A stretch of DNA of 64,000 nucleotides from Mobula hypostoma (lineage: Eukaryota): the NCBI RefSeq assembly GCF_963921235.1, contig NC_086097.1:20586001-20650000 (forward strand), given 5' to 3'. Both the position numbers and the translations under genes were made by a program. A model generated the notes under the pieces. That model made no database searches, had not been told where the DNA came from, and was given only the letters and a program-made list of their open reading frames with translations. Below, piece by piece: positions 37,938-50,246 of the stretch; positions within the stretch are counted from its first letter, which is position 1; each line of letters opens with the position of its first letter.

Positions 37938-38117
37938 TACTTATCAAACTCTGTGGTTGGATCATCCCTGGAGGAACTGAATGATGATGAAGAGCAAAAT
38001 GAGGAAGAGACAGAGTCTGCCAAAAGTGTTCCACCACCCCAAGGAACATATCGAGTAGTGGGAACATTGAGCAATCCTGAAGACAAGAAGCCTGATTTTG
38101 CGTTTGAAACCTTCTCT
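37938..38117 (+). CDS. AK7: AK7 coding exon 2, YLSNSVVGSSLEEL...GTYRVVGTLSNPEDKKPDFAFETFS
   Basis: Acceptor tttctcAG, donor GTaagt, 180 nt. Resembles human FLSNCVVGASLEE...GTFQIVGTLSKP...PDFAVETYS. Confidence 0.94.
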
Positions 38118-39712
38118 GTAAGTCTCTCAATATACTTTTTTGAATCTTACAATTTTCTGAGGTTATAATTTTAAAATGTATTGCTAGGACTATTTCTCAC
38201 AACATCTCTGTTTTTTTAGTTTGACAGAAGAATATGTGTGTTGACTATTTCCCTATTACTCATTGCCTGGCACATAAGAATATGACACCATGACTAGCAG
38301 TAGACCATTGAGCTTATCTGCTATTCAGCAAGATCATGGCTGATCTTCTACATGAGCACCATTTTCCTGCCCTTTGCCCACATCATTTGATTCCCTTAAT
38401 ATTCAAAAAATCTGATCATCTTTGAATTAAATTGATGTACTTACTACCATAGCCCTCCTGGGTAGCAAATTTCAAATTTTCACCACCTTTACAGTGAAGA
38501 AGTTTTTCCACCAACCCTTCTCCATTTCATTTTGAGTCTGCAGCCCCTACTTGTAGACTTCTCCGTCAGAATTTTGAATGTTTCCTTGAAGTCACCTCCC
38601 ATTCTTCTGAAGTCTAAAGAATACAGGTCCAGTAATACTCAGTCACACTTCATGTGCCAAACATGCCAACTTGGAATAACTCTGATGAATTTTCATTAAA
38701 CTATCTCAACAGCTAGTATATCCTTATTTTGGTAAGAAGACTGAAAACGAATGTCTGACCATTATCTTCAATACCTTATCACAGCTTTAGCTGTGTGTTG
38801 AAGCAGCAGGTGTTAATATATAAACCACAAAAATTGGCTAATCAGGATTTGAAAGAGACCAACTGAATGGTAAGAAGATGTTGGTCTCAACATTAACGGC
38901 AGCAACTTCAGAGGCTAGTTGACTGGATCCCTATTCTAAACATTTATATTTTCTTTGTCCTTCCATTTTAAAAACACAGAGACAGTCTTTCAACTGGTTT
39001 ACTCTCTTTTTGCCTACATTGCAAGCTTCAATTCTTCTTTGGTCCTGGGCAGAGCAGTTACTGTACCAAAGCAACACACACAAAATGCTGGAGGAACTCA
39101 GCAGGTCAGGCGGCATCTATGAAAATGAATAAACAGTCGACATTTTGGGCCAGGCCCTTCATCAGGATTGGAAAGGAAGGGGGAAGATGCCAGAATAAAA
39201 AAGGAGAGGGGAGGGGAAGGAGGATAGCCAAAAGGTGACAGGTGAAGCCAGGTGGATAGGAAAGGTAAAGGGCTGGAGAGGAAGGAATCTGATAGAGGAG
39301 AGTGGACCATAGGAGAAGGAGATGGATGAGGTGACCCAGGGTGAGTTGATAGGCAAGTGAGAAAACTTAAGAGGCCAGTTGCCATACTTAAGCTGTGATA
39401 CACCTGGAAAGGATGCTTTCTGTGGTAGGGGTGATAGATTTCAGGAGTGTGCTCTTGAGATCTAAAGGAAAAACAGGAAAATAATTTCCAAATTATTTGC
39501 CTGTTCCTGAGCTTGAAGTAAGGCAGAAGTATAGTACCTGTACTCCAGAAGTTTTCCCCCAAGACCACAATTACCAAATTAATTTGAATGTTTCCATCTT
39601 GTGTGCTTTAAAATTAATTTTAAATATGAAAAAATTTATGTTTAAAATTATGAATCATTTCACTGGAGTTAATCCATTAATTTATTTAAGGATTTTTTTA
39701 ATATATCTTCAG

Positions 39713-39821
39713 TTTGAAACACGCGATGAACTGTTCAACTATCTCCTGGACTGTGATATCATCATCTATAATATCACGGAAGCTGCTCAGCAAATTGATG
39801 AAGCCTCATGGGTTGTTTCAG
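39713..39821 (+). CDS. AK7: AK7 coding exon 3, [36 protein letters not shown](A)
   Basis: Acceptor tcttcAG, donor GTtctc (weak), 109 nt. Phase 1 joins correctly to the next exon. Confidence 0.92.
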
Positions 39822-40297
39822 GTTCTCATTTATCACTTACTTTATTTGCTTTTCTGTGTACCTCTCTCACAATAAGTATATGTCACTTGCTTATGTCTAT
39901 AATTCTGTTCCATTGATTGATGAACATCTTCATCATGGGGAAAATAAAACCTCACTTACTTTTATACAAGGAAGTTGTACAGGTCTGCTTTATTAAAATA
40001 ACAAAAGCAGTCATCCTAATGCAAACAAAAAGTAGTCATATTTATTGCCCATTATTTAAGGTTCCCAGAAAGCTAAATAATGTGGTCTTAATAACAGAAT
40101 GGACTGTCTGATACCAGTATGCTTTATTCTGGACTGTTAAATATTCGGCCAAAGTTAGGTGTCCTTGAATTAAATATCATTGCAGTGTATTTTAAAACGC
40201 AAACAACAGGAATTCTGCAGATGCTGGAAATTCAAGCAACGCACATCAAAGTTGCTGGTGAACGCAGCAGGCCAGGCAGCATCTCTAGGAAGAGGTA

Positions 40298-40335
40298 CAG
40301 TTGACGTTTCAGGCCGAGACCCTTCGTCAGGACTA
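40298..40335 (-). ncRNA. Minimal type I hammerhead ribozyme motif (Penelope-associated), best-preserved core in the window
   Basis: Minus strand reads tagtc-CTGACGA-agggtctcggcct-GAAA-cGTC-aactg. Core boxes and GUC cleavage triplet are intact, with one stem I mismatch. Confidence 0.7.
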
Positions 40336-40563
40336 ACTGAAGGAAGAGTGAGTAAGAGATTTGAAAGTGGGAGGGGGAGATCCAAAATGATAGGAGAAGA
40401 CAGGAGGCGGGGGGATGGAGCCAAGAGCTGGACAGGTGAAAGTTGAAGAGCCGAAGAAATTACAGATGGGGAGCAGTGAGAGATGGTTTCACTGAACTCC
40501 CGTCGAAGAGAGGATCTAAACTTCTTCGGTGTAGGCATCACTGGAAGAGACTTCGCAGTAGTG

Positions 40564-40725
40564 AATTTTAAAATGCAAACAACAGGAATTCTGCAGATAA
40601 TTTTAAAACGCAAACAACAGGAATTCTGCAGATAATTTTAAAACGCAAACAGCAGGAATTCTGCAGATAATTTTAAAACGCAAACAGCAGGAATTCTACA
40701 GATAATTTTAAAACACAAACAACAG
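40564..40725. repeat. About 4.6 tandem copies of a 35-bp unit aattttaaaacgcaaacaacaggaattctgcagat
   Basis: Unit starts at 40564, 40599, 40634, 40669 and 40704 (partial). Confidence 0.92.
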
Positions 40726-42865
40726 AACGCTCTGCTCTCCACTCCCTCCGCACTAATCCTAACCTTATTATTAAACCCGCCGATAAGGGGGGGTGCTGTT
40801 GTAGTCTAGCGTACTGACCTCTACCTTGCCGAGGCACAGCGACAACTCGCGGATACCTCCTCTTATTTACCCCTCGATCGTGACCCCACTAAGGAGCACC
40901 AGGCCATTGTCTCCCACACCATCACCGACTTTATCCGCTCAGGGGATCTCCCATCCACTGCTACCAACCTTATAGTTCCCACACCTCGCACTTCCCGTTT
41001 CTACCTCCTACCCAAGATCCACAAACCTGCCTGTCCTGGCCGACCTATTGTCTCAGCTTGCTCCTGCCCCACCGAACTCGTTTCTACATACCTCGACGCG
41101 GTTTTATCCCCCCCTTGTTCAATCCCTTCCTACCTAAGTTCGTGATACTTCTCACGCTCTTAAACTTTTCGATGATTTTAAGTTCCCTGGCCCCCACTGC
41201 TTTATTTTCACCATGGACGTCCAGTCCCTATATACTTCCATCCCCCATCAGGAAGGTCTCAAAGCTCTCCGCTTCTTTTTGGATTCCAGACCTAATCAGT
41301 TCCCCTCTACCACCACTCTGCTCCGTCTAGCAGAATTTGTCCTTACTCTTAATAATTTCTCCTTCGGTTCCTCCCACTTCCTCCAAACTAAAGGTGTAGC
41401 TCTGGGCACCCGTATGGGTCCTAGCTATGCCTGCCTTTTTGTTGGCTTTGTGGAACAATCTATGTTCCGTGCCTATTCTGGTATCTGTCCCCACTTTTCC
41501 TTCGCTACATCGACGACTGCATTGGCGCTGCTTCCTGCACGCATGCTGAGCTTGTTGACTTCATTAACTTTGCCTCCAACTTTCACCTTGCCCTCAAGTT
41601 TACCTGGTCCACTTCCGACACCTCCCTACCCTTTCTAGATCTTTCTGTCTCTATCTCTGGAGACAGCTTATCCACTGATGTCTACTATAAGCCTACTGAC
41701 TCTCACAGCTATCTGGACTATTCCTCTTCTCACCCTGTCTCTTGCAAAAATGCCATCCCCTTCTCGCAATTCTTCTGTCTCCGCTGCATCTGCTCTCAGG
41801 ATGAGGCTTTTCATTCCAGGACGAGGGAGATGTCCTCCTTTTTTAAAGAAAGGGGCTTCCCTTCCTCCACCATCAACTCTGCTCTCAAACGCATCTCCCC
41901 CATTTCACGCACATCTGCTCTCGCTCCATCCTCCCGCCACCCCACTAGGAATAGGGTTCCCCTGGTCCTCACCTACCACCCCACCAGCCCCCAGGTCCAA
42001 CATATTATTCTCCATAACTTCCACCACCTCCAACGGGATCCCACCACTAAGCACATCTTTCCCTCCCCCACCTCTCTGCATTCCGCAGGGATCGCTCCCT
42101 ACGCGACTCCCTTGTCCCTTTGTGCCCCCCATCCCTCCCCACTGATCTCCCTCCTGGCACTTATCCTTGTAAGTGGAACAAGTGCTACACATGCCCTTAC
42201 ACTTCCTCCCTTACCACCATTCAGGGCCCCAGACAGTCCTTCCAGGTGAGGTGACACTTCACCTGTGAGTTGGCTGGGGTGATATACTGCGTCCGGTGCT
42301 CCCGATGTGGCCTTTTATATATTGGCGAGACCCGACGCAGACTGGGAGACCGCTTTGCTGAACACCTACGCTCTGTCCGCCAGAGAAAGCAGGATCTCCC
42401 AGTGGCCACACATTTTAATTCCACATCCCATTCCCATTCTGATATGTCTATCCACGGCCTCCCTACTGTAAAGACGAAGCCACACTCAGGTTGGAGGAAC
42501 AACACCTTATATTCCATCTGGGTAGCCTCCAACCTGATGGCATGAACGTCGACTTCTCTAACTTCCGCTAATGCCCCACCTCCCCATCGTACCCCATCCG
42601 TTATTTATTTTTATACACACATTCTTTCTCTCACTCTCCTTTTTCTCCCTCTGTCCCTCTGACTATACCCCTTGCCTATCCTCTGGGTTCCCCCTCCCCC
42701 TTGTCTTCCTCCCCTGGCCTCCTGTCCCATGATCCTCTCATATCCCCTTTGCCAATCACCTGTCCAGCTTTTGGCTCCATCCCTCCCCCTCCTGTCTTCT
42801 CCTATCATTTCGGATCTCCCCCTCCCTCTACCACTTTCAAATCTCTTACTATCTCTTCTTTCAGT

Positions 42866-42903
42866 TAGTCCTGACGAAGGGTCTTGGCCTGAACCGTCGA
42901 CTG
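42866..42903 (+). ncRNA. Hammerhead ribozyme motif, probably inactivated (GAAA to GAAC)
   Basis: tagtc-CTGACGA-agggtcttggcct-GAAC-cGTC-gactg, with stem I (agtc/gact) intact. Confidence 0.6.
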
Positions 42904-44137
42904 TACCTCTTCCTAGAGATGCTGCCTGGCCTGCTGCGTTCACCAGCAGCTTTAATGTGTGTTCATTGCAGTGTATTTTGTTTGGTAACATCCCTTCAGG
43001 TTACTTATGTGCTAATGCTGTTTCAAAGAATATTTCCTGTTTCCCTACCTCTCTGTTTTCTCATCCAGTTTTTCAAACCCCTCATACTCCATCCTTTTTT
43101 TTTCTCTTTTCCATTTTGCCAATCCTTTGCTTACTGATCTCGCTCTTTTCGTTCCAATCTCCTTCTACTCTTCTTCCTTGTGTTCTCCTCATCAATATTT
43201 CCCCCATCCTAACCTTCACTCTCTTTTTGACTTATCCAAAATAATCAAAGATCTAAGTAAATTTATTGTCTAAGTATATATGTCTCACCCTGAGATTCAT
43301 TTTCTTATGGGTATTAACAGTAAAACAAAGAATTATAATAAAACTACACTCAAAGACTGACAAACAACAAAATGTCCAAAAGGGGCAAACTATACATATA
43401 CAAATAAATAAATAAATAATACTGTGAACATGAGTTGTAGCGTCCTTGAAAGTGAGTCCATAGGTTGTGTTTCAGTGATCAGTTCAGTATTGCAGTGAGT
43501 GAAGTTGTCCATGCTTATTGTCCATATTGCAACTTCTACTGTCCTTGTTTGTTCTGGTAGTCATGGATAAGTTTCATAATTGATCCATCAAGGAACCAGA
43601 AGAAACTTCTTTACCAAGATAGTGAACAGAATGTGAAATTTGTGGTCCCAGGGGTTACCTTGTTCCCTTAACCTAGACACATGTAAAGTGAGGTTTGATG
43701 AATACCTGAACAAGAAGGATATAGTGACAGGATTAGATAAAGTTGAGGGGAAAATCAGAACCCCAGGTGGAGGTCATTTGAGCCAAATGGCTGAATTTGT
43801 GCTGTTCAGTTTTGTAAAGGTAATTCTAAAATGGCGGGTATTTTGTGAAGTAGGGTGAAGTATTGCCCTTTACCTGCAGCTTGGCCTATTTCCCAAGCAG
43901 GACTAAGACAATGAAGCTGTAGGTGTGGCTATCATTTAACCATATTTGAAAGCATAGCAAAGAAAATAACTGATCAGGTTGTGTATGACTTCATAAGTGC
44001 AGGGGAATGTAAGAGTACTTAAAATGAAAGTTCTCTATAAACGTTGTAATATTTCCTTGACTTGTTCTATACTGGTGAAACGAACAATGAAAGAATGCTA
44101 CAAGATAATGTTCTTTATCTTCTTTCTCTATCCACAG

Positions 44138-44232
44138 CACTACATTCAGATTTAGAAAATTTTGAGAGTCCGAAAATATTTATTCTGTTGTCGACAATAA
44201 TGACGTGGGCCCAAACTAAACCTGTTGATCCT
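44138..44232 (+). CDS. AK7: AK7 coding exon 4, (A)LHSDLENFESPKIFILLSTIMTWAQTKPVDP
   Basis: Acceptor tccacAG, donor GTaaga, 95 nt. FILLSTIMTWA resembles human FILLSTVMTWA. Confidence 0.95.
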
Positions 44233-44510
44233 GTAAGAAATATTTGTTGTGTTTTGCCCGTTGCCATTTAATTGAATTTCAGATGGTTCCAGATATGGTA
44301 CAAAGTTAAGAGTTATTGTGGAAGTTCTGATTCACTTGAGATAGAGCTGACATTTAGAGCTTAAACCTAATGGATCATTTGTATCTTGTACCTCTAAGGA
44401 TTTTGCAGATGTGGGGAATGATTAAACAGTTCATTCACAATTGCAGGATCTAGAGTTCAAGGTACAGATTGTTTCCTGATAATCCAGCAAATTTGACACT
44501 CATTTTAGAA

Positions 44511-44590
44511 AAGGGGTTCCCAAACTGGGGTCCATGGGCCCCTCGGTTAATAGTAGGGGTCCATGGCATAAAAAGGGTTGGGAAGCCCTA
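44511..44590. mobile_element. Very short hAT-type MITE remnant
   Basis: Imperfect TIRs aggggttcccaa...ttgggaagccct, with flanks ttttagaa / ttatagag resembling a degenerate 8-bp TSD. Confidence 0.5.
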
Positions 44591-45750
44591 TTATAGAGAT
44601 ACTGACAAATACTATAGACTCAGACCTGGATCAAAAGTTGAGTAAATTTCTGAGACAATTAAAACAATTGTTAGTTGTTAAATAATAGATGCAATTTACA
44701 TTTTGGTACAGATGATGGTTTTAAAGCAAATTGATAAAATTTCTGTATGAACCAATAGAGAAATAGGGGCATTTGAAGAGTTACAAAATACACATGGACT
44801 AAGATGTTAACTGTCCTGTGCTATCACCAGTGGGATCATCAGTTGATCTGCCACCTGTCTTCAGGAGTTTCGGCCTGCTTATGATCAAGACTCCCTCGAG
44901 GTGGTAGGCCAGCAGTGCTAAAGCACCACCTCCCACTGGTGAGCATTTGAAGAAATGAGCAGCAAAATAATTTCTTAATATATTGAGTGCCAAATTTGAC
45001 TTGTGGTGTATTCTTAGTGTTAATGCATGGAAAAAGCCAAATTATTGGATTAAACACTTCTTAACTGACAGCTGCCAAAATGTTAGCAACTATTTCTGCA
45101 GCACAATTGCATCTTCACGTAATTCACATTGACAAAAAAAAAAGCCACAGCACAGTGCCTGTCAGCTGATGTTTCAAATCTGTCTTCACCCCCTTACAGG
45201 AGTGCAAACTTTCACAAAGATTTGTGCTGTTGAAACTTGTGTACATACTGGATCCACATGGAGACACAGAAACAGTATTTTATGAATCAGTTCTTGTGCA
45301 CAGCCAATTTGACTCCTGTCCCACCAAATTCAGTCAGCACAATGCAGCAGATGGCATATATTACACACATTTTATTTTAACTTTATTTTATTGAGGTACA
45401 GTGTGGCATGCCACCCAGCAATCACCTGATTTAAACCTGGCCTAATCATGGGACAATTTACAATGATCAGCTAACCTACCAACCAGTATGCCTCTGGCCT
45501 GTGGGAGGAAACCAGAGCACCCAAAGGAAAACACTCGGTCACAGGGAGAACGTACAAACTCCTTACATGCAGTGACGGGAATTGAACCCGGGTTGCCTGT
45601 GCTGAAAAGCGTGTGCTCCCCACTACTCTAGTATGCTGTGCAATAGCAACCTGACACTGTACGGTTGGTAGAACATCATTACCACCACCCCCTGCATCGT
45701 ACTTATGGATTTTAAAGGGATCTGTATGTTGATCATTGAGTTGTTTAGGG

Positions 45751-45982
45751 CAGGGGTCCCCAACCTTTTTTGCACCACGGACTAGATTAATAATGACAAT
45801 ACTCTTGCAGACCGGCCGACAGGGGTGGGGGGGGGGGCGGTGTTCAACTTTCAAATTCAACAGTGCGTGACAGGGAATGAGGAAAGGTGCAGCTGACTCA
45901 CATCGTTCCATCTCGCCAAATCATATTGTTTCCTCGCGGCCCAGTAGCACATGCTTTGCGGCCCGGTGGTTGGGGACCTCTG
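45751..45982. mobile_element. hAT (Charlie-like) MITE
   Basis: TIR CAGGGGTCCCCAACC / GGTTGGGGACCTCTG and 8-bp TSD gtttaggg / gcttaggg. Confidence 0.8.
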
Positions 45983-47184
45983 GCTTAGGGGAGTCATGAT
46001 CGAATAGCAGAGCTGACTATGGGCTGAATGGCCTAATTCTGCTGCTGTTTCTGTGGTCAAAGTGATTATAGTGAATGTCCAACAACAATATCTAAGCATG
46101 ATTTGTTTTATGCCGTCTTTGATTAAATCACTGCGGGGGCCTCCTTAGGAATGAGGGATTTCCATTGAATATCAGGCTTGTCTTGCTCATCGACAGCCCA
46201 CTCACAAGAAAACATCCATGCAATGAGATCCACGTGAAATGTTAATAGAAGCAAATAACCAGAGAGCCCGCTGTCTGGACAACTCCGGAAGCACCTCACC
46301 AGATCATGCAGAGAGATCCTCACATGCAGCACATCAGAGGAGAAAGCAGTTCAGATTCACAAACAGATGGGCTAGATAGGCCAAAGGGCCTTTGTCTGTG
46401 CTGTACTTTTCTATGACTCTGTAGCAAAATATAGACAACATTCAGGGGTGGGCTGCTTATTCACAGTAGCACATGGGCGATATTCAAGGGCAATCATATG
46501 GAGAGACAAAGTCCAAGGTCAGAGCATTACTCTGGTGCAATCCAGCAACCTGCACTTGTCTGGTAACTGCCAGACTTGAGGCAATGGTGTGTGAGATCAC
46601 TCTGGAAGGTAGCCCTATTTTTCGCACCAGTGGTTAACCCTGTGATGAGGTGAAGCCTCAGATGACAGGCGCTGTGCTGTTTCTTGTCTTATTAATGGCA
46701 ATTCTTTGCCAATATAGCTGTATTGCAGGTGCTGTTACTAACTTCTTGGCTGCTGTTATCAATTAGGAGGTGCTTAATCCAGTAATTTTGTCTTTTTTAT
46801 ACATTAGGATTATCATCACTGAGAGTATACTATAATTCAGATCTTACAGAGGAAGCATCTAATGTTGTAACTAGGAAGGAATTCCTGGATCTTAAGGGTG
46901 CCTTTGGATCTGATCTAGTCTCACAATGCAAATACACCAATTTTGATTGTATTTATGTTGCAAGATGTGTCAGAGGTGAGTGGAAACATAGAGATAATGG
47001 TGAAGGCAGGATTGGATTTGCTATGAATCCATTTATCATTGCATATCTCACCATTGAAATCTCTGTATGTATTCATTACATCTCATGTAACAGTTACATT
47101 AACTAGTTTTTGTAAAATAATTTAATCATGCTATTTTAATGTACACTCATAGAACAAAAAGTCAACAGCAGTTTTGTTTATCAG

Positions 47185-47295
47185 GAGGACCCGGAAGCCG
47201 CATTCACAGAGGACGATTATCGCAAAAGAAAATGTCATCCAAACTTTAAGGATCACCTCAGCCTTGAGAAACTAGTCATCAAATTTGGGAAGACA
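47185..47295 (+). CDS. AK7: AK7 coding exon 5, [37 protein letters not shown]
   Basis: Acceptor tttatcAG, donor GTatgt, 111 nt. Resembles human FTEEDYRRRKSHPNFLDH. Confidence 0.96.
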
Positions 47296-47584
47296 GTATG
47301 TAACCACAGAAAATGATTACAACTTCTAGAGAAGTAGTTTTGCTGTTGGCAACGGCAAACATACATCGGCATAGATTAAATCCATTAGGGTATTCTGTAG
47401 AAATATCTACTCAAAGAGAACCAGGAGCATGGTTTTTGTTGTCAGAGGAAGGGTCGGGGCAGATATGCATCTAACGGGAAATCATTCATCATCAATGGAA
47501 GGCTGCCCAAGATGGGAGCATCTTCAGGTGGTGGGACACCTTTTCCTCATCTCTCTAGAGATTTCTTTGCTGAGGGTGAAAGTC

Positions 47585-48570
47585 TAATTGAGTGTTTTAG
47601 GACATTGAACAGTACAGCATAGTACAGGCCTTTCAGCCCACAACATTGTGCCAACCTCCTCTGCTCCAAAGAATAAAACTCTTGGTCACTCAATCTGTCC
47701 TCATAAGACATGCTCTTTAATCCAGGAAAAATCTCCTTAGCATCCTCTCTAAATCTTCTACATCCTTCTTATAATGAAGCAACCAGAACTGAACACGATA
47801 CTCCAAGTGTGGTCCAACCAGTGTGTTAAGAGTTGCAATGTGCCTTGCAGCTTTTGAGTTCAATCCCCAAATGAAAACCAATACACTATACACCTTCTTA
47901 ACAATCCTATCAACTTGCACTACATTTATAGATGTGGACCTCAAGATCCCTATGTTACTTCACACTGTTAAGAATCCTGCTATTAACCCTGTACTCTGCC
48001 TTCAAATTTGACCTTCCAAAGTGAATCACTTCACATTTTTTCCTGATTGAATTCCATCTGCCACTTCTCAGCCCAGCTCTGCATCCTATTAATGTCCCAT
48101 TGTAAGCTACGACAACCTGCACTATCCACAATACCACCAACCTTTTGTCATCTGCAAACTTAGTAACCCAGCCTTCTATTTTCTCACCTAAATAATTTAT
48201 AAAAGTCAGAAAGAGCAAGGGTCCCAGAAAAGATCCCTGCAGAACACCATTGGTCACCAACCTCTTGGCAGAATATGCTCCATCTGCTACCACCCTCTAC
48301 CTTCTGTGGGCAAGCCAATTTTGAATCCATGTTTCCTTGGATCTCTTCTTGACTACCATGGGGAGCCTTGTCAAATGACTTACTAAAATCCATATTCTTC
48401 ACATCCATTACTCTGTCTTCATCAACTTGTTTTATCATTTACTCACAGAATTCAATCAGCTTCATGAGGCATGACCTGCCATTCACAAAGCCATGTTGAC
48501 TATCTCGAGTCAGACTATGATTCTCCAAATGCTTGAATTACCTCCAAATAAATCCTGTCTCAAAGAACCC
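47585..48570 (-). mobile_element. Degenerate CR1 RT fragment; another CR1 3' end at about 49720-50050
   Basis: DFSKSFDK, GVLQGSFLGPLLF, KFADD and PHLEYRVQFW in frameshifted ORFs. Confidence 0.85.
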
Positions 48571-50162
48571 TCATTTTAGTTCACAAGTTTGAAATGAATA
48601 GTCAGAATATAAATGCTAACATATTAAAGATCAAGAGCAAGTTCCATTTCACTATACTTAAATATGCTTTGAGAATTTTTATTTTCAGGAGATTTAGTAG
48701 CAACAGGAATTCAGGGAGCAGCACAGTGTGGAAATCAGTAATTCAGATTTAAGGAAGTATTGTGCTGCATTTAATGTTTAGATTCACATTTAAACGTTGA
48801 TTATCAAAAAAGTTTAATATACTGTACATAATAGATGATAAGGCTATTTGGTTGATTTGTAATATTTTTGACAGAGTAAATTTGAGCTTGCTTTCTTGTG
48901 ATGCAGTCATTAGTGTTGTTGGTCAGCAGGTGGACGGTGAAGCTAAGGGTGCAATGAGATCAGCCACAAATGGCCGAGGAGACTTGAAGGGCTGAATGGC
49001 CTACTCTTGCTTCTAATTCATAGTTTTCATGCATGTAATTTAGTGACTAGAACCATAAACACAAGAGATTCTACAGATGCTGGAAATCCAAAGTAACACA
49101 CAAAAATGTTGAAAGAACTCAGTAGGTCAGTCAGCATCTATGGAGAGCAATAAAGAGTCAAATTTCAGGAAAAGACCCTTCCCAAGCTATACATGTCTTG
49201 TTTAGTAAGGGTGTGTTGTTGGAGGCTGTAGCTCAGGTTGGTAGAGTCACATTAGAGCTCGAATGTCAACCACAGCATGAGGATGATCAAATAATCTTTG
49301 TGGATCTCACTGTTCGTACTGGATTTTTAAACAGACCTTGATGCAGGCTATAATAGTTTTAAAGAAGTTTATTATTCATAGCTACTGGTTGGAAAGATTT
49401 GCTTAACACTTTTAAGTAATGGTAACCTGTAACTTGTTTAAATTTATGTATCCATGTGATAATGGCAGCTGCTGTCATTGCCAGTGTTTATTGAATTGAG
49501 GAGATTGAGTCAATCAATGTGGTTTCCTTCTCTGGAGGATATTGGTGAAATTGGCATGCTTTTATGACAATCCAGTATTTTGATGTTTTGCTGTAAATGG
49601 GACAAGCTGTATTTCAACTTCCAGATTTTATTTATAAAATTTAAATTCCCCACTTTCTGTGGTGGAACTCAATTTCCTGCTTCTGGGAATTTCCTGAACT
49701 CTGTTTCCTGGTCCATTGATCATAAGACATAGGAGCAGAATTAGGCCATTCAGCCCATTGAGTAGGCTCTGCCATTTCACCATGGCTGATCCATTTCTCT
49801 CTTAACCTCATTCTCCTGCCTTCTCCCTGAAACCTTTCATGCCCTGACTTATCAAGAACCTATCAACCTTCACCTTAAATGCACCCAGTAACCTGGTCTC
49901 CACAGCCACCTTTGGGAATGAATTCCACAGATTCACCACTCTCTGGCTCAAGAAATTCCTGCTCATCTCTGTTCTAAGTGGACGTACCTCTATTTTGAGG
50001 CTTTGCCCTCTGGTTCTAGTCTCCACCACCAAATGAAACATCCCATCCCTATTTAGAAATTAGTTCTATTAGTGCTGTGCAGGTAAAGCTTTTTACTTGC
50101 TTAGAAAACATTTTGTATGCATAATTAAGTAAGTAAAACAATCAATCTCTCTTTTGTTTTAG

Positions 50163-50246
50163 AAAAAGCGGAAGTTTTCTACCTATGTTGTTGCTTCTGG
50201 AGTCATTTATGGAATGGATGAAAGTGTGTTTCATCTGTTCTTCAAG
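50163..50246 (+). CDS. AK7: AK7 coding exon 6, KKRKFSTYVVASGVIYGMDESVFHLFFK
   Basis: Acceptor ttttgttttAG, donor GTacag, 84 nt. Resembles human RKFAAYVVAAGLQYG...HTFFK. Confidence 0.93.

Larger units (their letters stand above)
40194..42962 (+). mobile_element. Rearranged Penelope-like element: inverted terminal and ORF-start segments, 35-bp tandem repeat, then forward RT + GIY-YIG + 3' terminus
   Basis: MDVQSLYTSIPH, GVALGTRMGPSYACLF, RYIDDC (frameshifted) and GVIYCVRCSRCGLLYIGET. Perfect 17-bp TSD tcattgcagtgtatttt at 40177-40193 and 42963-42979. Confidence 0.92.

Noticed and set aside
39497..39916. 139-aa ORF as a standalone gene
   Set aside because: It is AK7 exon 3 plus flanking intron in the same frame.
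42611..43244. 126-190 aa ORFs (also at 13614-14022 and 40170-40613)
   Set aside because: Chance open frames across purine/pyrimidine-skewed Penelope terminal repeats.
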